Shown piece after piece: positions 26,080 to 39,507 of a DNA stretch of 64,000 nt. Source of the stretch: Basidiobolus meristosporus CBS 931.73 (lineage: Eukaryota; Fungi; Basidiobolomycota); assembly GCA_002104905.1 (NCBI GenBank), contig MCFE01000110.1:1-64000 (forward strand). The letters are read 5' to 3'. Below the pieces are notes generated by a model. It saw only the letters and a program-made list of their open reading frames with translations. It was not told where the DNA came from and did no database searches. The position numbers were made by a program, and so were the translations under genes. Position 1 is the stretch's first letter; every line of letters starts with the position of its first letter.

Positions 26080-27828
26080 GTATCAATCAGGAGCATATAT
26101 TTTCAAAGAAGTTGATGGCAAACAATACAAACAACTATATTGCCATATCAAGCTAGGCCAACCACAGAGAATTGCCCAACTCTTTCCCTTGAAACCAGTA
26201 GGACAATTTAAAAGATGGAAAATTGACTTCATTGTAAGACTGCCAACTACCAGGAAATGCAACCATTAGATCCTAGTAGCAATTAACCATGCCACTAAAT
26301 GGCCAGTGGCTAAAGCAGAAGGTGTAGCCAGTGAGCAAGAGGTTGCCAGTTTCATCTACAATGAGATCCTTATGAAGTTTTGATGCCCTGTAGAGATTCT
26401 TTCTGATAGAGGAGCAAGCTTTAAGGTAAAAAAATGGAAGCTTATCTGGAAATGCAGCATATCAGACACTTTAAAACCTTGGCACATCATCCTAGGGTTG
26501 CAATATTCTGAGGAGTATTGGAAGTGATGTGGAGAACTAGAGGATTTACATTTTATTCACTTATAGATTTTTTGATCAAAGGTATGGTATATATACTTTT
26601 GATAGAATAGAGAAAACAAGCATGCCGAGTTTGTTAAGGAAGGTTCCAAGAATATGTATGCAAAGTTTGGGGCCTTTTGGAAGACTATGAGAAAAAAATC
26701 TGGGTACCGGACAATTTGGTAAAAATATTCTAAGTAAATCCTGACAAGAAATCTTGTCAGGACAGAATGCTAATCACAATATATTATCTATGTGACTAAG
26801 TTAGCATGAATATATAGGTGACAACTCAATATCTACAACACCTAGAACTAATGGAGTTACTGAGCGGTTTAATGGATTATTTGGAAAAATGCTGACAAAA
26901 TATGCAAATGGAGCTGTCAGTTGATGGAATGAATATATAGACCAAGCACTCTTTGCATGCAGAGTTAGAGTACACAACACCACCCAACAATTGCTGCTTT
27001 ATCAAGCATATGAATGTGAACCAAGGATTCCAGGAGAATATCACACAACCAATGCTTACAGACACCTTAGAAGATGAACTCAATCATCCTAGTGGACACC
27101 AGCAACCGGAACAAAGACATCAAGAGGCACAGGCCAAAGTATCTCAAAGTGCAGAGAAATTCAAGCAGAGATTTGATAAGATTATATCACCGTAATTGTT
27201 GACAGTGGGGAGCTTTGTATTGCTGAGAAACATTACCCAGAGGAAGTTTGAGCCAGAATGGACGGGACATTTGGATATCATCAGAGAATGTCCATTTGTA
27301 ACTTACCAACTAGTGGACAAACAAAGGAATATCAGGGAAGATTTAGTTCATAGAGACAGACTCAAGCTTGCAAGACTTACCAACAATACTGAACCATCAA
27401 GATATTGGTACAATAAGAAAAGAGATTCAGGAGAACCCTTTCAACTTTAGTAGGGGAGAATATTATGATCTACCCTTTGAGTGTTTAATTTAGAACAGTT
27501 TTTAGTCAAATCAAGTAGGTAAATGTTTAGCCTATTAGTTCATCAGTGTTATCTATCAAATCAGTAGCATTAGTCAGCAGATGAATCAGTATATCCTTAT
27601 CAGACAAGAATAGATTTTCAAGTAGGATTTTATTGAGTGATGATTATGCAATCAAATGAGTCATTGGCCACAGCCAACATAACAAAGTATAATTAGTCAG
27701 CAATTGATCTGGCAAAAATGTATATAAGGAACTGTTGGAACCTCAATAAAGATTAGTTCAAGTTTAGTGAATACAATACTAGCTAAACTCCTTATTGCTC
27801 TACAACTCTTATACCAAGACTTGAAACA
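26080..27828 (+). mobile_element. second, degenerate gypsy B 3' half (integrase, PPT, LTR at 27461-27828)
   Basis: Colinear with 24520-25883. Confidence 0.88.
26496..26840. repeat. solo LTR, family A2
   Basis: Perfect 5-bp TSD CCTAG; homologous to 15662-16011. Confidence 0.9.
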
Positions 27829-28446
27829 CTTCCTTGCTATATATTCTGCCCAATTATGATATGCAAACTTGTCAGCTTACAAATTCTATTGATTTGACAG
27901 ACTACACTGCTATACTAAAGGACCAAGCATTGGAGCTAATTGATTTGACTAAATGATGATCTAACTAAGCATTGAAATAGTAGATCATTAATTTTTTCAC
28001 TACTAAGCTGAGTTGGTTTGCCTGAATTTCTTTTACTATGCTACCTGTAACCTAAGGATTTAGCTTTGTCAATAAATCTTGCAAACTCAAGTTAGTCTGT
28101 GTGAGCTAAGTCTTCTTGTATGTACACTTGTTTGTCAACTAATTAGTTAGCTGCAATTGGACCTTTTGTGATAATCCTGTAAGATTAGGCTGGACAAATG
28201 GGGCCCAGTTTATGGCCCCTCCCAGCAGGATGTGTGGGGGAATGTGGGGGGGGGGTAAGGGGAAAATCAAAGGGGGGTTGTTGCTGACCAGACAGAGCTA
28301 GGCTCCCCTGCACATTAGCCTACCTGCTTATCCCCCCTACTTCTGCCCTCACCCATTACCCAATGGGGGGACCCCTCCTGGCCCCCCTGTGGATGTCTAG
28401 GAGTAATATAGTTATTACTCTACATAAATTCACCCTACTGCAAAAG

Positions 28447-28790
28447 ATGACTTCAGCTCCACTATCCTATACAGTATTTCTTGTTTTTACTCCAATTTTA
28501 GTAACAGTACTTTTAGCTATTAATCTTTTTTTAGGTATTAATAAACCAGATGCCCAAAAATTGTCACCTTATGAGTGTGGTTCAATTCCTTTAGGGGATG
28601 CCAGAGAAAAATTCTCACTTCATTTCTTCTTAGTAGCAATATTATTTATAGTATTTGATCTGGAAATAATAATGTTATTCCCATTTGCAGAAACATCGTA
28701 TTATAGTTCAATCATTACTTTTTGGATTATAGTGCTTTGTGTTGCTATATTAGCAATAGGTGTTGTATATATCATTAATTGCGGAATCAT
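28447..28790 (+). pseudogene. nad3: mitochondrial NADH dehydrogenase subunit 3, nuclear copy (NUMT)
   Basis: [12 protein letters not shown]...[22 protein letters not shown] is the NAD3 signature. About 114 codons are open, with AT-rich mitochondrial-style codons, and the ORF then runs into CACTA sequence. Confidence 0.92.
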
Positions 28791-29588
28791 ACAAAAAATT
28801 CTACCATTTGCTTTTAAAAAGGACCACAACTCAGCATGGAAAGAGAACCTATTGGCCAAGCACCAAGAAGTGTCCTAACGGGATTCAAGAGGTACTCATG
28901 GCAAAAGTGGCAGCAACCAAGCATATGTTTGCCAGATTTTTATGTCACCATTGTTAAAGTTTATATGGCTACTTTGCAAGTATTACACAAAAAAGAGAAA
29001 AAGTTGAGGTGATGGAAGTGTGCCTATTGAAAGAGGTGTTCATGAAGGAAGAGGTTAGTAAGCATAAAATATATTTCTTTGAGTTGCACTATATTGGAAG
29101 TAATCACACTAGTGCTAGGTAGGCAAATGAATAGGGGTGATTCTACAATGAAATATGTGGGTAGCACATGGCAAGGTAGCAAATGGAAATACCATTGGGT
29201 CAATTAGTTTAGTGGTCTTATACAGTACTAGTAGTAGACTGTAGTACCTCTGTTATAAAGCTAACCGAAGTCTTTATCAAGGCTATCAAAGTGCTGTCAA
29301 GTGTACTCCCATAAGAGGAATTTTCATATACTTGATAACTAGGCTGGCTCAAATAAGTGTAGGCTGCAATAGGACTATCAGAGTTCCATTAAAATCTGGT
29401 TGAACTGCCCAAACGCCATCAAGTTACCTGTGCAGCAGTATAATCAGGAAATTGGTATCACAATCCTTTTATAACATTGTAAAGAAGGTCAGTAATTCCA
29501 AGCTACTGAAATTATGATAACGCCATTGGTATCTTGACAGTTGATCTGAATTGGCTCCACCTGAAGTACCAAATTATCTTTCATAGGG
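28790..29588 (+). mobile_element. CACTA terminal fragment (transposase C-terminus to TIR)
   Basis: Reverse complement of the 6357-7100 region; ends TTTCATAGGG. Confidence 0.75.
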
Positions 29589-30959
29589 TAAAATAGATAT
29601 CTTTGTTGTTGTGTTCTTCTAAGGTGGGAATCTTTGGCCAAGTGTCTATTTCTGGTAGCATTGCTTCAAGTTGTCTTCTTTCAAAATAGTCATAGTCTCT
29701 GTGATAAGTCATTGGGGGCTTTTCTACTCCTAAATAATGCCTCTGAGTATCTCATAATCTTGACAGGTACTTCATTGGTTACTCCTTTTATATAAATTGC
29801 TTCTGTAAGTCTGAGGTTATTTAGGAAAGTAGCTTTTCTGTCCTAAGAAAGATGGATTCTAAGTCCTCTTCTACAACTTTGCAGAAAGCTGCTGCTCAAA
29901 CCTAATGATGCTGTTAATCTGGTATTGTCTGAATACCATAATAAACCCAAGATTTTACTGATCAAAATAGAGCTGTTGTCATAAAAGTAGGCAGTACAGT
30001 CAGTTGAACTACACCTCAATGAGGTAGATGAGTCTGAGAGCAGTGCTCAAGGACACACACTTGAATATAGCAGGGCAAAGGCTGGCAGATACTGTACTAG
30101 GTATTGTAATACTAGCTGAAGACTGGGAAAATGCTGAGATATAAGTTAGATATATTTGAAGTGAAATGGAGAGTTCAACAACTTGAATGACATTCACTTG
30201 TCAAAATATTGATTTGAAATATAGCATTTATACTTATTGCAATATTTGCTGTTGTAACTATTTGATCATTGGGTAGAAATTTGATGTTCAGACATATGTG
30301 GATGTATCTCCTCTCATTTTTCTCATACTTCAAGTAGACATATATCATGTATGATAAGTATCTTGTAGAGCCTCAACATCATTGGTACTAAAAATAGTCT
30401 CACTGATATATCATAAGTCCTGCTCAATGTTGGCACATTTGAGATCTCTAAGCTTTGGCCAGATATATAGGTATTGTATATCATTCTGATCCTCAGGATA
30501 TGGGCAAGCTGATACATGTATTTGTCTGCAAATCCAGCTTGAAACTGGGGCAACAGGTAGTGCAAAGGTGCTTGCATATAATTCCATTTGAAATGACTAC
30601 AAACTGATGTATATTTGCTGCCGGAATGCAAGTACTTTATTTACTGACAAATTCTAGTCCACACCCAGATATATGTTGATCTTGAATATGGCTCCTTTGT
30701 GTTATGATAATAAGGCTCATAGCACTAATACGTAAATTATGTAGCTTGCACTTTATTAATCTGTGCTTCCTACTGAGATTGAGCATTTTCTCAAAGCTTT
30801 ATACTGCTGCATGTTTTGTTATTTGATGTTTGTCCAACATGAGCTTCTTGATATAGGACTTCTTTCTTCTCCTTGTATCCTATCTAAAGGCATATGGCCT
30901 CTCTCTCTATAGCAACATATCCTATCTAGCAGTTTTTTGCAATGGCAGCGCTTTTCGGT

Positions 30960-31336
30960 TGTAACAAGTCATGGTATAAGAGTTGTAGAGGAATAGGGAG
31001 TTTAGCCAGTATTGTATTCACTAAAACTTGAACTGATCTTTATTGAGGTTCCAACAGCTCCTTATATACATTGTGCCAGATCAATTGCTGACTAATTGTA
31101 CTTCCTAATGTAGGCTGTGGCTTATGACTCATTTGATTGCATCAGCATCACCCAATAAGATCCTACTGAGTATATCTATTTCTGTCTAATAAGGAACTGC
31201 TGATTCATGTGCTGTGTAATGCTACTTATCTTATTGATAATATTGATATACTGATATACTGATAAGCTAAGGATATAACTAATTGATTTGACTAAAAAAT
31301 GATCTAACTTAAACATTCAAATGGCAGATCATAACA
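30960..31336 (-). repeat. solo LTR, gypsy family B
   Basis: Reverse complement of 20734-21101; flanks cggt/ctgt. Confidence 0.9.
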
Positions 31337-31521
31337 CTGTCTTGGTAATTCCAGGTACACAAGACAGTCTTTCTACAGAATAGTGACAGATCACTAAAGC
31401 AAAGTAGATATCCAAGTTATAGCAGGTACAGGGCTAATAACCTGTTTAAATACTACAGGGGTACACTGCAAGTGAAATAGAAAACTATCAGATTTGCATG
31501 ATATTCAGTCAATGATTTATT

Positions 31522-32254
31522 AGACTTGTTCCATTGGATAGTGCCACATTGAGCCATGAGTGCCAAATAGTGCCATAGTGTGCCTGAGAGTCATAGCAGA
31601 CCTAAACTTGGCCACAGAGTGTGGCATATTGTTCTACTTATTCATGCAAAGCAGCCCCTGTGTTTCACCTACGGTGCAGGAGAAAATCAATTTTTTAACC
31701 TTTTTTTTGGGATCAAAATTGTGCATGACATAAAAGAGCACTGACAGACTGAAGATATGCATCCAGTACACAATACCCATGGCACTCTAAATCTAGCCCC
31801 ACAGGCTTGTAGCATGTGACAAAAATGCATGGCACTATCTTGGTCCACTGGTACTATCTGGCACTATATTTAAATATTAGCCCTAAAGTAGAACCTATAC
31901 AAAGCACTTATAGTGCCAGATAGTACCAGTGGACCCAGATAGTGCCATGCATTTTTGTGACATGCTACAAGCCTGTGGGGCTAGATTTAGAGTGCCAGGG
32001 GTATTATGTACCAGATGCATATCTTCAGTCTGTCTGTGCTCTATTACATCATGCACAATTATGAACCCAAAAAAAGGTAAAAAAATTGATTTTCTCCCGC
32101 ACAGTAGGTGAAACACAAGGGCTGCTTTGCATGAATAAGCAGAACTATATGTCACACTCTGTGGCCAAGTTTAGGTCTGCTATGACTCTCAGGCACACTA
32201 TGGCACTATTTGGCACTCATGGCTCAATGTGGCACTATCCAACAGAACAAGTCT
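31522..32254. mobile_element. foldback MITE (733 bp, long inverted arms) with PHIS termini
   Basis: AGACTTGTTC...GAACAAGTCT; the left half is the reverse complement of the right half; flanks att/aat. Confidence 0.92.
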
Positions 32255-33139
32255 AATAAGTTGCAACACCATATTTGTACATATTGCAGAACTATGCAAA
32301 TGTATCTATTTGGTCAATACTAGGGGAGTATCAGGAGTAAATGTAACAAGTCTCAGCTTATTTGGACAAGCTTCAGAATTTTCTAAAATTCTCTACTACA
32401 CTAACTCCTGATAATTAGCAAACATCTTAATGCTAGTTTCTAAGTTCAAATTACAAAATACAGCATTTAACTGAGTGCTAGCTCACAATATATCAATGAT
32501 TAGGTGGACTGCTAGTTATTTCAGCAGAAATATGAGAAACAGTGAATTAACTATGGTATATAGCTCTAGGGTACCCACTGATTTTATATGCAAAGGGTGT
32601 TGGTGGGAACACTTCTTCAATGGAGTTATCAGTCAACTTTGTGGTTGGGCTATATTTCACAATGTGCATAGGACCTTATATAGGTCTGTTATATCAATCA
32701 CTCAGTTTGAACAGAAGAGACATTAATTATAAGCCAATATATATGCATGAAGAGCAAGAACATTAATCAAGTTAGGGAATTATGAGTGTGGAAAGCACCA
32801 AAGAGTCAATATGTGTACCCAGATTCAAGAGGTATTGACTTTCCATGATCACAAGGTGAGAAGAATGAACAAGAACAAATAGGAAGCTACCCATATGTTG
32901 TTAGAATCTTATGTTTTAACTAATTTTTTTGGAAATCTGAGGTACAATTCATTTTCAATGGTTTTTACATTGAGTCCTGGTAGCATCAGTACCACACATA
33001 GTCATGGGATTTTGTGATGAGCTTATGACAGGACCACTTCCCATGGTATCCTCTTGAATATCTAACATATACTTTTTGGCACTAAGCCAATATATTCCTT
33101 ATCCCTACTGGATTCTTGTCCCCCCTACAGGTACACTCA

Positions 33140-36100
33140 TCCTGTGAAAAATTATTGTAATGATCCCAGCAAAAGGCTGTCACAAATTTAACGTTGTGGT
33201 AGGGTAAGTATACTTCCCACAGACAAGTTTATTCATATAGTCATTATGATATACTTATCCATATTTTATCTTATCAGTATTATCCCATTCTTCTTTTGCC
33301 CATATTATCAGTATTATCCCCATATGATGTTTACCCTGATTAGTTATTAGCATTAGTTATCCCAGATGTTATTCAGCTTTGTGATCAGTATATGTATCTA
33401 CATAAGGCAAGTACCTGCGTCAGTACCTGTGGCACATGACCTAGGTCTGTGTTACCATCCCTACCATTTCAATACCATATATGGTATTTCTATGTTGCAC
33501 AGGTTTCAGACTACTGATTCATGATTGGTTGGATGTGCTGTGCCCTTTAGAACCTTCCAGGACATTCTTGGTATATTTTTAGCTCATAGTGATGTCATCA
33601 AGAATTCCACTGATGCCTAGAATCTTCTAGAACCTTGTCATTAGTAATCACTTGGCAATCAGGAAAAGTATTCAAGGGAAAGCAATCCCTCATCAATAAA
33701 TCATCCCTTCTATCAGTAACACTTCTACCTTATTGATTAGCAGTTGATCACTGCACCTGCCTTCAACAGTACATCTAAGACCTGCCATCAAGGAGCTTTT
33801 CAGGGTGGTGCACAAGACACACAGAGGCCTTTGGAGACACTTGGAGCACCAAGGAAGCTAGAGAAGCAGGAGCTTTTACCATAGTGACATATTGGCAAAG
33901 GTACCAGCAGTTTAGACACAGAGGTTATTGCACCCATCAGACACCTCACACACCTTGAGTTGTGTAGCTTCTCCCAGGAGTACCTCTACACCACCACAAT
34001 GTTCTGTGACCAAGAGGTAATGATCCCATCAGGACACTGTCCAGAGAGCATTGAAAAGAATTGCACCTCAGGATTTCACAAAAAACTTAGTCAAAATTTT
34101 TCATCACCACAATATACAAGTGGCTCTTGAGTGATTCCCTGCCAATTTGCTCACTTTCTGATCCTAGACACTATACCACCTCCTGCATATGTGTGCACTG
34201 ATTGACTATTGCCTCTTTTTAACAACACTTACTTCCTGACTCAGCTGTTTCCCATACTTTTTATATGTACAAATTGATTTATCTCTGAAGAAACTTCAGT
34301 TGAGCCTCAATAACCAATTGTATTGACCTATACATGTCTCTGTACCCTACACTAACATTAAGCACAACCTCACACTCAACAATTAACTCCATTAAAATCC
34401 ACCACTCAATAAGTATTTCTGCTGTAATACACTAGTTCCACAACCCTGGTGGGAACCCTACGGCTTTGTGCCACTGTTCTTTCACTGGTTCCCACACACC
34501 CTGGTCTTCAGCCAGCACTGCAAAGTCTAGCACCTCATCTGCAAGTCTTTTCAATAAAACCTTGCAATATTGTAGTGCATTTTCTTGAGCACTGCTCTTG
34601 AAGAAGTGCTTCAAATTCTTGGTGTGCCAATTAATATTCCAAAATTCCACTGAAGGCACCGCAATAGTCTTTTGAGTGATTGATATTGTAGCCTTGTCTG
34701 TAGGTGGGATCTACACTCTGTCAGCAATGGAGGGTGTAGCAGCTGTGGTAGACATATTGCCTTATTCTGCAAACTCATCTACCTTGCTAGAAGGCAGCTC
34801 AACTGGCTGCACTGCCAGCTCTTGTGAAAACAGCTGTTTTCTTGTTGGTAATTACTCATGGGTATGATGGGGTTCAGTCTGTTGTGGGCTTGCAGCATTA
34901 ATTGGAAAGTACTGCAGTTTTTTTGCATGCCTCCCTGTCTCAAGCTTGGGTTGACTTTTTTCCCTTTACCTTTTCCTTTATCACTATCAGGTCTTTCACT
35001 GCTACTTTGTCTGAGTGCTTCATGTCATGAACTGCATTCTCTCCTTGTTAAATTCTGCCTTGACGCAACTGTTTTGGCCTGTTGTCCCTTGCTGGCCTCT
35101 TCTGGCAACCTGATGTATCTTTCCTGCTTGTTTCAAGCTCTCCATCATAGCTGTGATGGGCTCCTGTAAAAGCCGCTGGTTTATCACTGCCAGGTCCTTT
35201 ACTGCTACTTTGGCCAAGGGCTTATGAGTGGTACTATGCTTTTCCTTGATAAGTAGAGTACTGGTGCATCTGTATCTGCCTGCTTGTCCCTAATTAGCAC
35301 ACTTTCCGCTACTTGATGTCTCCATGATGCCTGTCTGGAGCTTTCAGCCCTACTTGTAATGGGCTCTTAAGGAAGCCGCTGGTTTTTAGTCATTGCACCA
35401 TTGTACTTCTGCCTTTGATAGTCTCTGCTATTCTCAAAATACATTCTTAGCATACCAATGCTGGCCCAAAGTCTGCTTGCCTGTTTGAATCCAGGATAAT
35501 GCTCATGGAGCAAGTCAAGTGCATTCTGCTTGGCCTTGAGATCCTGCTGGTCCCATGGTATGCTGGCCTCAAGGTGATAGTGAGCTGGTATGGGTGACAA
35601 CATACTCACTAATATGGGTGGTGGTGATGTTATGACAGCTACTTGCTGGCCTTCAACTAAGGGTACTGCATTTGCTACATTCTCATCTACCTGAGCATAA
35701 TGGTCAGCTTGTAGCTCCACAGTGGTTCTCAATTACCTTCTTGACTGAGAGCCTGAGGAGTCTGCATTGTTACTGTCAGTTGGCACACTGTCAATATGGT
35801 CTTAGTTGAAGGTAGCCCTGCTTGTTGCACACAATGTCAAAGCAAGCCATTGTCCAGCTATTCTTCTGCTGCAGTCAGCAGTGGGGTTTGGTTGGGAACC
35901 AGACAACTTTGATTTATTTTTTGCAGCATATATATGGAAGTGAGTCTAACTAATGGGGAAATAGTGTTACATATATACGTATAGGTGATGCCTCAACTTT
36001 ATTTCTCATGCTTACCATGGAAGGTCATCATTGAATCTTTCATTCATGTATGTTCAAGGTCTCAAATACAAGACTGTCTTAAATTCACATCAGTATTGGC

Positions 36101-36319
36101 CAAAATATGATATTATAGCTTTGTGTTGTTGCAGGTCAAATTGTTTACCCTATGAACAAGACTACTTTGATTCAACACCATAAGAGAAGAGAAAAAAGAC
36201 TGTGTGGCTATTGCAGCAAGCCTTTCAGCCTGAAGAACATAGACAGCATAAGAAGTATTACAAAGATTACAACCAGTATTTTGCCACACAAGTCATATCT
36301 GACCATTCATTTGTCACAT
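33140..36319. mobile_element. CACTA copy in inverted orientation (terminus, ORF2 on minus at 34432-35800, N-terminal transposase region), truncated
   Basis: CCTGTGAAAAA terminus; reverse-complement homology to 8830-11550. Confidence 0.75.
33195..33998 (+). repeat. diverged solo LTR related to family C
   Basis: TGTGGTAGGG...CACCACCACA with 4-bp TSD acgt/atgt. Blocks are shared with 39508-40577. Confidence 0.75.
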
Positions 36320-37045
36320 TAGTGCCTCATTGAGGCATGAGTGCCAAACAATGCCATAGTGTGCCAGAGAGGCCAAGTTAGCCTATACTTGGCCACAAAG
36401 TGTGAAACACAGCTCTGCATCTTCATACAAAGCAGCCCTTGTGTTTCACCAATGATGCAGGAGAAAATTCATTTTTTGACATTTTTTTGTGGATCAAAGT
36501 TGTGCAGGATGTGTAAGAGCACAAAAGAATTGAGGATATGCATCTGGTACTCAATACCCCTGCCATTCTGAATCTAGCTCCTGTGGCTTGTAACATGTCA
36601 CAAAAATGCATGGCTCAATCTTGGACCACTGGTACTGTCTGGTACTATAAGTGCTTTGTATAGATCTTACTTTAGGGTTTATAATTAAATTTAGTGCCAG
36701 ATAATACCAGTGGACCAAGATAGTGCCATGCATTTTTGTGACATGTTACAAGCCACAGAAGCTAGATTCAGAGTGCTATGGGTATTGAGTACTTGATGCA
36801 AGTCTTCAATCCTTTTGTGCACTTACAAATCCTGCACAATACAATTGACCTAAAAACACAGGTCAAAAAATGGATTTTCTCCAACACAATGGGTGAAATA
36901 CAGGGGCAGCTTTGCATGAAGATGCAGAGCTATGTTTCACTCTGTGGCCAAGTATAGGCCCACTTGGCCTCTCTATCACTACGGCATTCTTTTGCATTCT
37001 TTGGCACTCATGGCTCAATGTGGCACTATCCAACAGAACAAGTCT
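36320..37045. mobile_element. foldback MITE lacking the outermost left TIR
   Basis: Both arms are present and the right end is GAACAAGTCT-att. Confidence 0.88.
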
Positions 37046-38185
37046 ATTGACTTCTCTACACCTTTTATCTGGCCATCCTGTTTCAGTGGCATCATCATCC
37101 TTATTTTTAGTCTTAAAGACCCATCTGCATCCAACTGACTTTTGGTTAATGGGTAATTTGACTGAGTCCCAGGTTTGATTTTTCATCAGTGTCCAATATT
37201 CTTCAGTCATTGCAAACCTCCATAACTTTGTCTGAGAGCTATTTAGGGCCACATTTACAGTCTGGGGCTCCTCAATATGGACTGAATAGGCATAGGCTAA
37301 GTTTGTACCCTAATTAATATTGTAATTAGTCTATTTCTTTTCTTGTTGGATCTCCTGGCATTTGATACTGGAATGATCACATCTTAAATATTCCTGGGCA
37401 CTGATTTGGGCTAAACCACAGTTGTAGCGTTCTCTGCAGTGAAAAGTTTCTATTCTTTTACTCAAAATCAATTCTGATTATTGGCATACTTGAGATCAGA
37501 GTCTTGTCATCATCTGATGTCATTATTTGTGAAAATCTGAATTTCCATCAAACAGCACTAAACTTCAACTTCTTGCTTTGATATTGTAGTGTCTGTATGC
37601 CCTACTCTCATTGCTGTAGCCCAAAAGTATGCAATTATACACTTTGGCTCAAGTTTTGACTGATTTCTGGGCAGTTTCTTGGCATATACTTTACACCCAA
37701 TTATACTTATATGCTCTACACTTGGTCTGTATGGACACCATGCTTCAAACAGAGTAGAACTGCAAACTATTATGCATTAACTTTTATTTTTGAGGTATAC
37801 AGCTGTGCAACAGATTCTGTCCAAATATCATAGGATAATTTAGGCTATGTAGCATAGATCTTGCCATATCAGCTGCTGATCTATTTGCGCATTCTGCTGT
37901 TCCATTTTGCTGTGAGGAGTATGATACTGTAGTCTCTTGCTTTATCCCATGGATTTTGCAGAAGCAGATGAAGAGTTTTGAGGTATATTCTCCACCATTA
38001 TCAGAGCATATTAGACTTGTTCTGTTGGATAGTGCCACATAGTGCCAGCCTGGTTATAGTGCCAGATTAATCTGGCACTATCTGGCACAATAATTTCTAC
38101 CATCATGCCAGTGGTAGGCTATAGTTACTGGTAATTTTACTCAATCTTACTTACGTAGCTCAGAGTGATGCTTTCCTTGCTTTAT

Positions 38186-39151
38186 TTACTCTTCATAATG
38201 CTCCAGACACATTTCTCTTAGTGGATGACTTCTTGTGTGAATGTACTGTGCATTGAAAAGTATCTTAGCTATTTTACCTATTCTGCTGTGTTCTCCTATG
38301 TGTGACTTTCTTCCGTATTTACCCGCCAATATGCTGAATCTCTTCAGATATCCAAATGTGTGCTCTACCGTCACTCTGAAATGATTAAATATCTCATTGT
38401 AGAGCTTCTGCTTCCTGCTAAACACACCATTCCTTGGCTTCCTATAAGCTGTAATACATCCTAATCTCTGACAATCCTCTCCTATATAAGCTAAGTCTGC
38501 CATACATTACTCCACTCTACTGAATTTTGGATGATTCTCTACCCAGAGTGCTTTGTCATGCCTACTTCCAGCAAACGGCCCACTAAACCAGACGATGTTA
38601 CCCTCAAAGTCAGACAGTGCTTGAAACTTCACACAGTGTGCCTTATACTTGCCAGAATAAAAGTGCCTCTGCCCCCTAGAAGGTCTGTTAATCCTGACTG
38701 GGAAGGTATCCAAAATACTCCTTATATGAAATCTGTTGCTGAACACTCTGGGATATGGAAGTCTATTGGAGCTTCTAAACCTAGTACTCCAAGCTTGCTC
38801 TAAGTCATCCATACCCTCTGCATGGTGGTTCCCCATTGCTGGCAGCTGGGAATGAAGGCTTCCAAGACTTTTGTTGCCATGGATGATGGGATGAAACCTT
38901 GTAGGGCAATAGTTCTTGTAATAGCAGAGAAGCTTAACAAGGGATTGCCTTGAGTAGATTGGGGTAGATAGACCACAGTACTTGGTAAAGATCTCCTCTA
39001 TTGTGTCAAAAGGAAATCCAGTGGTAGTGATGGGATTGATTAGAAAAGACCATTCAGATGAGTAAGTCATATTAAAATTGGGAGGATTGGGCTGAGATGG
39101 TTTGATTTGATTTGATTTGGCGCAATCAGCTTTATTTATCTCATTTTCCAT
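38186..39151 (-). CDS. PHIS DDE transposase, 321 codons with a single in-frame TAA at 38507-38509
   Basis: ORFs 38507-39151 and 38186-38503 are in the same frame. Motifs ILDTFP, FYSGKYKAHCVK, GSRHD, MADLAYIG and RVTVEHTFGYLK give a DDE_Tnp_4/IS5-like catalytic triad. Confidence 0.92.
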
Positions 39152-39507
39152 GCATTATGATTAAATCTCAATCAATTGCCATGTATCCCATCATTATGTT
39201 GCAAAAATCATCCTCAAACAATGACTGGGTATTTTTATTGATGTTTAACTCACAAGTCTATAATCAAATAGGAAATCTTCAATTGATGTGATCTGATCCG
39301 TGTCAATGTGATCCAAGATGCATCATGAATAATATATGGAAAATTCAACAATTACATTAGTTTTCATATATATTTCATATAAGACCAGGTTGATGCCAAT
39401 ACACCACTTTATAAGTATCTAAATCCATCACTATGGTCCCTATACCAAGTCTCAACTCATCTTTAGTTCAACCCAGACAAAACCTATCCCCCAGCTCACA
39501 AGCATGG

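Noticed and set aside
28363-28878. 171-aa ORF as a functional nuclear-relocated nad3
   Set aside because: The N-terminal extension comes from a GC-run tract and does not look like a targeting peptide, and the C-terminus is out-of-context CACTA DNA. There is no expression evidence.
31895-32155. Repeated ORFs MHFCDMLQA... and MALSNRTS... (also near 36423, 51756 and 60716)
   Set aside because: These are translations of the palindromic foldback MITE, appear on both strands, and do not keep a conserved length.
38186-39151. IS5/ISL2-like transposase as a recent bacterial horizontal transfer
   Set aside because: It has a two-ORF eukaryotic PHIS layout, three diverged local copies, derived MITEs and host-like CpG decay. 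The IS5 similarity is expected for this superfamily.
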